From the NCBI RefSeq assembly GCF_947568905.1, contig NC_079172.1:10292001-10356000 (forward strand): DNA of 64,000 nucleotides, given 5' to 3'. The notes below the pieces were generated by a model. The model was given only the letters and a program-made list of their open reading frames with translations, was not told the DNA's origin and searched no databases. Source of the stretch: Ostrea edulis. Taxonomy: Eukaryota. A program made the position numbers and the translations under genes. Shown here in pieces: positions 51,601-60,577 of the stretch. How positions within the stretch are numbered: position 1 is the stretch's first letter; every line of letters begins with the position of its first letter.

Positions 51601-53835
51601 GACGTACGAGGAAAAAGCACCTTAAAAGTTACACTTTATAGATGTAAAATTCAGCAATTTACATGGGTACATAGAATCAGGGAATTTGTTTGTTTGCTTG
51701 TTTTGTTGTTGTTTGTTCAAAGAGTATTTCATATTGAAAGCATGAAAACAAAACGTAATGTAAAAAAAAAAAGAAGAAAATCTCCATTACGTTCTTAGTG
51801 GTATTCAAATGCTGTTGCTGTATAAACACCATGTATATAATTTATTTTTTCATAGCATACGAAAAATTCAACCCATCCATTAAGAATGTGAAAACAAGTA
51901 GCGAGGAAGAAACATCTGTAGAACAATTCTTCTGTGGCATGAACATATTTCAGGTACGTTAGAAAAATTTCTAATGATTTTTCAAATCATAACTTCAATT
52001 AAAATAGGATATGAACTTACAATTGTGTTAGCTCTGTCTAAATTGCACTTATTTCAAAGACACAAAAAACATGCTTAAGTACATATCATTACAATTATTG
52101 AGATTGGAAAAGAAGTACATATGCACAATTGTGTTGCTCTAAATACGATATTTACTGCCCAAGAGTGTAATTTATGTCCAGTACTTGTATAATAATCAGA
52201 TGTCGGATTAAACCTGTTCTTGGTTACTTTTATGATTAATTTTGATAGAGAAGAAATAAATGAAACTGTTGGACATTCATAGAACACCGATGTAACGTAA
52301 ATGTGATTGTGAAATTTAAGATATCTTCATCAAATTTTCAACCTCTTTTTCTAACTGTCTCACTACACGATGATTCATAAAAAGCAGATTCCCATTTGGC
52401 AGGAAACGACTGAGAATTAAAGCAATTCTGTCACTTTTTAATCTTGCTTCTGAGGGTTGATTCAAAACCCGAACATGTTCCTGAATAAACCGGATAAGAA
52501 TTTTCAATACATTTTCTGCAAGAAGCCTGTTTTCTGATTTTTCACATACAAGTGAAAATCCCGTGTTTCCAGCACCCAGCCAGAGAGCAATTCTCTCTAC
52601 AGAGAAAGGGTTACCCTCCGGAAGTCGAATGCAGCCAACTTCTAAGTCTGGGAGGGTGTCGTCGTTCCCCATGCGTTGAATATCATCCTCTACAGTCCGT
52701 GAAAGAACAGCTCTTCGGAATTGATATTCTGAATGTACCTAAATTAATCCAAATCAAGTAATTAGTCAGCGGATTCTGCACTGTAATTTAAACTCCTGAA
52801 TGAACTTCTTGACGAGAAAATATGTCGCAGTTGCAATTTATTTAAAATATATGTGTGCGCTGTAATTACAATGTATATCGGTATATCCCATTCGCGTGCA
52901 TGGCTAATTGAAAACAAACTAGTTTTTCAAGTATGTGAAAGTCAGTGTGAACGTTTTGTATTGTACAGGAGGTAATTATTACTATTTTTATTTCAACTTT
53001 ACGTTTGACTGACCAGTGGTCTGAGTTCATAATATTGCGAACCGATGGATTTTACTGAATACTAATTAATTATGCATGTCTTACTAACCCGTGCACTATA
53101 TAAAGTAATGATATTGGCAGTCGTATCGATATTCTTATAATCATCGTTTATCGTAAATGTTTTAATGTCTTTTAATTTATGTCACGTGTTTTATGTATGT
53201 CTTTTGTCTTACGTGCATATTTGGAGTATGTTTTCGTATTTTTCTTGGTGTTTTTCAAATAGATTGTCAGACACCGACCCAGTTTTGTGTTGTTTAAAAC
53301 AAAACAGTGACCCTGCGACAAATATATGTAGTTTATTTCTTTTGAAAGCCGAGTAAAAAAAAATAGGCATATATTCTTTTCAATTGCTTGGCCTAAACAA
53401 TGTGGGAGGGGCGCCATTGATAAAGAACTTACCTCGTTAGCTATCAACTGAATATCGCTCCTCCGTTGATTCTTGTGTATAGCATCATCTTCTTCGTCTG
53501 TGTAAGTTATGTCTTGTCCATAAACATTGTGATACAGGACGTGACACGGGCCAGGTAGAAGTGTGTGGATAACAAAAGCATATACCATCTTTGTTTACAT
53601 CGGAAATGCCTTATGCATACTTATCTTTAAAATCAGAAACATGGAATAAAAAATTCCGGACAGTGTTTTCTCTCTTCCAGATACTAGATGGATTTGTGTT
53701 GGCGGCGTCTACAGATGGGACACTGTTGTATGTTTCGGATAATGTTTTACAATACTTGGGATTTAATCAGGTACATGATCATTAAGGTCATCATTAATCG
53801 CGACAACTAAAACACAACACAAAAATGCAATTCTA

Positions 53836-53878
<43 letters not shown>

Positions 53879-56739
53879 CACTGTGTATATTTACATTTAT
53901 ATAGGTCGATTTGATGCATCGTTGTCTGTACGGAATTGTGCATCCAGACGATCACGATAATATGAAGAACGTTTTAGAGCGGCAGGCCACGGCATCAGTC
54001 GCACAGGTTGGTCCAAATTTTTTCCCCATATGATTCAAACTAGAGTAATATTGCACAACCAGCAAGCATCTAGTGAATTGTTATTCATTCTATGTACTCA
54101 GAGCCATTTTGTCTTATGTACCCAATGATATTTATTTCGTATAGTCAGAGTAAGACTACAAAATCGAATTGTAAGCATGCTATTTTTGTCGGTACATATT
54201 ACTCTGATCTTGCATCATTATAAGGGTCGTCATTATTCTGGTGTTACTAAAAATAACATTGATGTTTTATTGTGCTTGTGATCAGGTACCGTCGCGATTT
54301 TATTTCTTTTAATGGGCTTATATCCGTGTGAACTATGTATTGAAGAGTAGTCCAACTTACAAAAACAAACTGATAAACACAATGGCGAAATTTTGAATTG
54401 ATATTAAAAAAAATAAGATGAGTTGTGAAATTACCCGTGGAAGTAAAAGATGTTACATGTATTGTTTACACGTGTGATTTAATAATGGAGAAACATGATT
54501 TTGTGGGGAGAATTGTGTAGTTTTTATTTTCTCTGTAAAGATCACAGAGTGCTGTTTCCTGATGAGCTCTGCCATTTCACAGTAGAACATTTATAGTTTA
54601 TACATTTGTTATTTGTTATTATAGATGACCGATGATTTCCATTGTAATCCAAAGAGTGACAACGTTTCCTTCGTTTGTCGAATGAAGTGTTTTAATGGAA
54701 CCTCAGCTGGATATTTGGTAAAAATGTCTTTCTGAAATCACGTGATCAATATGTCGTAATCTTGATCAGCATCAAAGTCAGTTTACAAAATGCATGAACG
54801 ACGGTGTTTATTAATTTTTCAGAAAATTCATTGCTCTGGCAAAATTGAGGATGTTCCAGAATTTTCACTGAAAAATAATCGAAATAATCCACAGATCATA
54901 CTCCTCTTCTGTCAGCCATTTATGCTAACCGGAAATGATCTCACTAACGATGTTAAACAAAATGTCTTCTGGAGTAAGCATGATATGGATCTTACTGTCC
55001 GAGAATTGGACAAAAAGTAAGTACATTTTAAAGTGCAGATGGAGCAAATGTGTAAAAATAATATCGAATATGAAGCACTGACAAACTTTTTTGAGCTATC
55101 ATGTACGTCTTTTTGTTATTTAATATAGAGCATACGACTTGATAGGATACAATGCCGACGAATTAAATGAGGTTACCCTCTACAAATACGTCCATCCCGA
55201 AGACCTCGTGACTTTTGCTGCCTGTCACAAAACCTGTAAGCCTAAACTAAATGATGAAATTGTCTTTGGGGTTTTAATGATCTTTTTTATGATCTTAGCT
55301 GATTGAAATTCATCTTTCAGTAATGGAGAGCACCGATGTGCAGACGATGTACTTTCGTATTGAGACTCGGAATGGTAAATGGACTTGGTTGCACAGCAGA
55401 GGCAAAGTCATCAGCAAAAATTCTAAGAAATTTTCCATCGTGTTCACGCACTGTCCCGTCCGGTAAATAACAAACGCTTATCTTTACAAAATTATGTGAT
55501 CTTTATTCTTCTTGAGAATATTCAAACAAATATATTTACTTCTGTTTAAGGGAGGAGGACAGTACATTTCTACAACAAGAAACAGCACTTCGGCACCGAT
55601 ACGCCATTAGTGATCTCCAGTTCTTTCTCCAGAATGGCCACTACAGCAACAGTGGACACAGGGCGGACTCCGATAACCATAACGAAGACATTCACGGGAT
55701 GCAGAAAGTCAGTAACTTCTGCACACCACACATGGGTTTCACGGAAGATGTGTCACTCTCCTTTTACACGCCTTTAGTCACGTGCCCATCCAGCTGGCAC
55801 ATGATGTCGGACCGCCATTCCCCTGTGTTGCCTTCTACACACGTGGCTCACAAAATCACACAGCGCGAAAAGCAACTTCAGTTTCAGGAATTCAAGCGAC
55901 GACAGCAGATAGAAAAGAATGTGATCAAGACTGAGTACGATGTCTATAGTCCAATGCCGAGCTCTTGTCAGCAGTTCCATGCTCCGTCCGTTGATACTTT
56001 TGTGACTTTCAAACCATGCAGCAATAACACTCAATTGGTAAAAACCGAACCAAGGGATAATTTTCATACAAACTGTGGTCGTACAATGAACTATTCAAAT
56101 CTTCCACCAACCATTTACTTCAATCCTAACGACCGACCACCGCAACAGCAGTGGAACACCGTATCACTGCCAAATTATCCCGCTGCTCCACCCAATGTTA
56201 ATGTTTATAACTTCCCACCATCTCCACCAAATTCTCCACAGAAAGTTGTGAATTATCCTTTCAACCAACAGCTTTATCAAACTCACGACCCCAGCAACTT
56301 ATGTGTTCATCCGACAATGCAAACCTTCACGAACCAGTATAATAGGCACCAAAGTGGCACTGGCTTTGCTAATTACACCAACCTACCCATCAATCATGTT
56401 CAAAACCAATACGCCTCAAATGGTTATATGAAATCTGACAAAGGCGTTAATTTTTCCGTCCGATGCAGTGCACCCCAACAAAATCCACAGTTTCCTCCTC
56501 AAGGGAATAATTTTGGAGTTTTCCAAAATACAAGTAACTATGCTATCACAACTTTAGCAGGTCAGTCCTGTGCAATGCCTCAACGGTTCTGTCCCGATGA
56601 TCGAGTGGAGTATGACATAGAGGCCTCTATTCACATGAAAATCGTGGAAAATCCCCGAAACAGACGTGGACCACACTTGAAAGGAGACGTTGATCTCCCG
56701 TCCATAGGAAGTTTCCTGGAATACTTAAATGACTCTTAA
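42564..56739 (+). CDS. AHR-like: Aryl hydrocarbon receptor-like bHLH-PAS transcription factor; 10 coding exons, 742 aa
   Basis: Exons 42564-42619, 48341-48498, 51856-51953, 53681-53770, 53905-54006, 54625-54717, 54823-55016, 55129-55235, 55321-55462 and 55551-56739 sum to 2229 nt in one frame. They encode bHLH, PAS-A, PAS-B and a Q/N/P-rich tail. Intron positions and the 90-nt and 142-nt exons match vertebrate AHR as remembered. AATAAA at 56950. Confidence 0.88.
46990..47210 (-). mobile_element. tRNA-derived SINE
   Basis: Minus strand ttagctcggttggtagagc (A box) and gggtttgaatccc (B box), followed by a non-tRNA body. Confidence 0.7.
48341..48498 (+). CDS. AHR-like: AhR-like exon 2: bHLH (FKSKRYRDKLRTEIKALECLIP...KLDSQTVFRLVISFLRIK)
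   Basis: Long pyrimidine tract plus AG. Aligns with AHR SKRHRDRLNTEL..LASLLP..KLDKLSVLRLSVSYLR. Not in the ORF track. Confidence 0.92.
48598..49120. repeat. 44-bp minisatellite (about 10 copies) in AhR-like intron 2
   Basis: Unit gcggttccacggcgataatcttatttcacttactcagctagcta at 48662, 48706, 48750 and onward. Degenerate copies extend to about 49330. Confidence 0.95.
51856..51953 (+). CDS. AHR-like: AhR-like exon 3 (linker, ends GMNIFQ)
   Basis: tttttcatag acceptor, CAG|gtacgt donor, phase 1 to 0 as required. Confidence 0.8.
52316..53588 (-). CDS. AP5S1: AP-5 complex subunit sigma-1; 2 exons (53588-53433, 52738-52316), 192 aa, nested in AhR-like intron 3
   Basis: MVYAFVIHTL...CHVLY and NPFSVERIALWLG...GFSLVCEKSENRLLAENVL...DRIALILSRFLPNGNLLF match remembered human AP5S1 (MVHAFLIHTL...CRVLY; ENLLLAE; ILTRFLPHGQLLF). 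Phase-0 GT-AG intron. Confidence 0.93.
53681..53770 (+). CDS. AHR-like: AhR-like exon 4: PAS-A start (ILDGFVLAASTDGTLLYVSDNVLQYLGFNQ)
   Basis: Classic PAS-A motif, 90 nt, canonical splice sites. Confidence 0.95.
53905..54006 (+). CDS. AHR-like: AhR-like exon 5: PAS-A (VDLMHRCLYGIVHPDDH...)
   Basis: Contains the vHPdD PAS motif and is phase 0-0. Confidence 0.9.
54625..54717 (+). CDS. AHR-like: AhR-like exon 6 (SFVCRMKCFNGTSAGYL)
   Basis: Matches AHR FICRLRCLLDNSSGFL. Canonical splice sites. Confidence 0.9.
54823..55016 (+). CDS. AHR-like: AhR-like exon 7: PAS-A end and PAS-B start (VFWSKHDMDLT)
   Basis: Matches AHR IFRTKHKLDFT. GTAAGT donor in phase 2. Confidence 0.9.
55129..55235 (+). CDS. 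AHR-like: AhR-like exon 8: PAS-B (LIGYNADEL...YKYVHPEDL)
   Basis: LGY..EL..Y..VHPeD PAS-B motif, phase 2 to 1. Confidence 0.92.
55321..55462 (+). CDS. AHR-like: AhR-like exon 9: PAS-B/PAC (YFRIETRNGKWTWLHSRGKVI...IVFTHCPV)
   Basis: 142 nt with the FR...G.W.W PAC motif. Confidence 0.92.
55551..56739 (+). CDS. AHR-like: AhR-like terminal exon: Q/N/P-rich putative transactivation region
   Basis: In frame with ORF 55699-56739. Acceptor tctgtttaag, TAA stop. Confidence 0.88.
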
Positions 56740-57706
56740 CAAACAACAGCAGCCGTCCAAATTACGTCATTTGTGTGTCTCTGTTACATCACCTGGTTGT
56801 GAACAAAAAGCTTTGGAAACTTGTTTAGTAAACATTTTATTTTAAATATCTGAATTATTTCAAAGTGATTTATTGTATACCATTGCCACAGATGGGTTGC
56901 ATGCTTATTCCGTATACAAAAACTGTTTTATCTCTAGTTTTTAATGAAAAATAAAGTTACTTCTAATGCTGCTTGCGTAGCAGTATCAGACCTCCAGTTC
57001 CAAATACTGATACTTCGCTGATCTGGCCAAAGGTCCAAATCCCACTACTTAATCATGGATTGGTTAATGATGTGTTCATGTAAAACATTCGCAGTAGGGC
57101 AAACTATTTATTTCGTGTTGTGTATTACTTTGTGTATCAATGCGATTGAAAAAACGTATTAAAGAAATTCTGGTTCATTTGCAGCCAATTAACGTTTTGT
57201 TTTGGTTCCGTTTCTGAATATTTCTTTTACCTACAACATGACAGCTCCCTTTAAACTACTGACAGGTACCCGTTCCCGATGCTCATCATGTGGCATATTA
57301 CACTTTGTTCAATAACTTGTCACAATGAAAAAGGTCTCTTTGGATTGAATAGCACAAATGCACGCTGTTTCTAATACATATGTAGGTGCAGATAAGAAAA
57401 AAATTGAAGGACGAAATGTCGAAAATCGTCCTAATCTGGTCGTTCGATCTGTCAACACGTATACTTGTAACAACTGTACCACAATGATGTGTCTATTGGA
57501 CTGGAAGAGGGCTTTGTTTTGTGTGTATCGTTTGTCGAAAGATAACATTTTATCATCGGAATCTCAATTTTTAAAAAGATGAATTCAAAATATGCCACAG
57601 TTCGTCAATACTTATGTAATGAGATACTTATAAAAAAAAAAAAACACCCGATAGCTGTGTACTTCATAGGAACACATGATCGACACAACGTTGCTGAAGG
57701 GTGATC

Positions 57707-60130
57707 ATGTCGGGTGCGGTCAAGACTGAAGAGATATCAAAGCCCGCAACTGGGAGTTTTAATAATGGGGAATCTGTACAAGGGAAAGCAATTTCAAAAG
57801 GTCAAGACGATGAAAGGAAATCAAAAGCACAGACGTCCGAGTTGCTCCTACAGGACAAGAATGCACTAAACGATGGGGACTATTCCAAGTCTAAAGACAT
57901 AAAGACTGAAAATGGAGATAATTCTGCGAAACCCTCAAAATCCAAGGGGATTATTGGATCTAAACTGTCTTTAAAGCGGAGTAGACTTCTTCCCGAAAAG
58001 GGATTCGATATGTCAAAAATCAATGACGACCAAAAAGTGCAGACGGTAGGTGGAGACGAAGGGAATGGAAAATCGTACAACCGAATTCTAGAAGACCAAC
58101 ACCATTTCACTGGAGAGAATAGCTTACCATCTCGTGAGAGGCACTACCGTCATGTGTCAGAGAGCGAGGGGGACGTTACGAAATACGAAGGAGACTTAAC
58201 TGTCTGTCCAATTTGTAAACAGGAGCTTTCCAAGCCAAAACATCTTCCTTGTCTGCATACATTTTGTGAAAGTTGCATTGGAGATTACTTCCTGAAAATT
58301 CAAGGTAATGCCAAATCTTTCCGTGTCCGCTGTCCAGTGTGTAGAGAATTTCAACCTGGTAAAAGAGCTACTATTCCCGCGAAAGACGTTGCTCATCTTC
58401 TACCAACCAATCACTTTATTCTGAATATGGTTGCCAGGAAAAACATGCATAACTGCATGCCCTGTGCATGCGGTGGAATAACGACGCCATCGGAATGCTG
58501 GTGTTATTTCTGTACGGAGTCTCTCTGTGCTGATCACGCCGTATACCATGGCAACCTAACATCACGCAATATTCACAGAGTCCAAAGTATTAACGATGTT
58601 TCGAAAGACGTCGATCTGGCGTACTTACCGGGATACTGCGAGGTTCATACTCTCCAAAAACTGAAGTTTTACTGCGAGGACCATGATGTTGCGGCTTGTG
58701 ACACGTGCAGGAAAGCGTATCATCGTCAATGTCCAGGTTTAGTCACTACAAATTCCGAAGCAGAGGAACTTCGACATGGCGAATATGTGCAAGATATTAC
58801 TGATAAACTGCATGACATGGAGAGGAAATCCGTTGACATGCTCGACAAACTGAGTGAAAATTTATCCGATCTTTACAGCTACCGAATAAACGATGAAGAT
58901 TCCATAACAGGGTTACGACAAAAAGTGACAAATCACCTGGACTCTTTGGAAAAGAAACTAGTCAACGAGTTGGCTTTGAAACAGAAAGAAAAAGAATTCG
59001 AAATTCAAACACAAATTGGAATCTTTGAGAAGAAAAGAGAAACGCTTTTATTCTACAAGCGTCTTCTAGAGCTATTGCAAAGCGAGGGGTTGGGTGTACA
59101 AATTTTTTTGGAACTACCAAGCATAGGTCGACAGTCCAACATCTTGGCGGAGAAAATGCATCACAGAGCAGCGATCATGCAAACTAGTTCTATTCATGTT
59201 GAACTCAATGATATCATCGTTCAGTTAGATTCAATGGGTAGCGTAGTAGAAATGAATACTAAATTCAAACCAGAATTTCCTTATGTTCCCGGTTCTGGAA
59301 TGAGGAAACTCGAACTTCAGTCTCCTCAACCAACACCTAGAATGGAGACCCTTCACAAAAGGTTGAAACAAGGGTTTCTGGTCATTAGATTTCAGAGTAG
59401 CACAATCAGCGGCGCCACAACAATCGAAGGACGCTTAGTACTGGCCGACTACACTAGCCGCGAGATTCGGGCCTATTACGACAACGGAAATCGAGACGAC
59501 TCGCTCAATATTCAACATTTGAGGGGGAATCCGTGCGATTTAGTGGAAGTCCCCACTATCAATGACGGATACACTCTCATAATATCGTTTCCACAACAAC
59601 ATAAGATAATGCTCCTTCAGTGGGACGATGCTGTAGTGTTCGAACAATTGCACGTAACCAAACAAGAATGTTATGGCGTCACTAATGTTGGAAACTCCGT
59701 CATTGTAGCCTGCTTAAAACACTTAGAATTTTGGAAAGTGGGAGAAGATTTATCAATGAAGCGAAAATCGGTATTACAAATCCCTGGAGATAAAGTTCAG
59801 AACGTTCATCCAGCGGATCAGAACCGGATCTACTACTCCGATTCCTGTGACGGTGGATCGTTTTATTGCATCAATAAAGATGGGACAATCGTGTTTGAGT
59901 ATAATCATCCGGAGCTGTTGTTCCCCCGAGGCATTGCGACAGATAGGGATGGCAACATCTATATTGCAGGATACAAGTCCAACAACATCCACAAGCTTTC
60001 CCCTGAGGGAGAGCTCAAGCAGTTGATTGTGCCTCAGATACAACTGTTCTATCGTCCTCGGGTGATTGTCGAAAACGGAGGATCCGTATTTGTTGTTTAT
60101 AGGAAACACAAAGTTTTAGAATTGTCATAG
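57707..60130 (+). CDS. TRIM-family E3 ligase: RING, two B-boxes, coiled coil and NHL-like beta-propeller; single coding exon, 807 aa
   Basis: RING: CPIC...PCLHTFCESC...CPVC. B-box1: CMPC...CYFCTESLCADH. B-box2: CEVH...FYCEDHDVAACDTC...H. NHL-like: PRGIATDRDGNIYIAG. The first in-frame ATG is 57707; an in-frame TGA lies at 57695. Confidence 0.95.
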   Translation: MSGAVKTEEISKPATGSFNNGESVQGKAISKGQDDERKSKAQTSELLLQDKNALNDGDYSKSKDIKTENGDNSAKPSKSKGIIGSKLSLKRSRLLPEKGFDMSKINDDQKVQTVGGDEGNGKSYNRILEDQHHFTGENSLPSRERHYRHVSESEGDVTKYEGDLTVCPICKQELSKPKHLPCLHTFCESCIGDYFLKIQGNAKSFRVRCPVCREFQPGKRATIPAKDVAHLLPTNHFILNMVARKNMHNCMPCACGGITTPSECWCYFCTESLCADHAVYHGNLTSRNIHRVQSINDVSKDVDLAYLPGYCEVHTLQKLKFYCEDHDVAACDTCRKAYHRQCPGLVTTNSEAEELRHGEYVQDITDKLHDMERKSVDMLDKLSENLSDLYSYRINDEDSITGLRQKVTNHLDSLEKKLVNELALKQKEKEFEIQTQIGIFEKKRETLLFYKRLLELLQSEGLGVQIFLELPSIGRQSNILAEKMHHRAAIMQTSSIHVELNDIIVQLDSMGSVVEMNTKFKPEFPYVPGSGMRKLELQSPQPTPRMETLHKRLKQGFLVIRFQSSTISGATTIEGRLVLADYTSREIRAYYDNGNRDDSLNIQHLRGNPCDLVEVPTINDGYTLIISFPQQHKIMLLQWDDAVVFEQLHVTKQECYGVTNVGNSVIVACLKHLEFWKVGEDLSMKRKSVLQIPGDKVQNVHPADQNRIYYSDSCDGGSFYCINKDGTIVFEYNHPELLFPRGIATDRDGNIYIAGYKSNNIHKLSPEGELKQLIVPQIQLFYRPRVIVENGGSVFVVYRKHKVLELS

Positions 60131-60577
60131 AAAATACCGGTGGATATAGCTACTCAGTTTTAAGAAAATTACATGTATTTGTTGTTATTTATTATTGCGG
60201 TGCACAGTTCAGATATTCACTTCATAGTTGAAAATGGTTAAAAACATGCATGCAACATTATTATTCTGCCAGAAATAAATCATATAGTTGATTTCATAAA
60301 GCAAAACGGTATTCTTTTCATTCAACTATATCTTAAACTGTAGACAGTTTTGTGTGGTCATTTGTTAAATTAAAACTACAAAGATAAAGCAAATTCCAAG
60401 CCACGACCTGTTTATTGTATTGAAGACAGATTTACATTGAAAAAAAAAGGTGAAGAAATTTTCTAATACACCAAGATTTCAAAATGAAGTTAGTGACTGG
60501 TCACAACATGTCTATGCATGTTTAATACAATCAGTATAAGCATTCCCCTAATTCTTCACCCTTCCAGTGTCCAGGAA

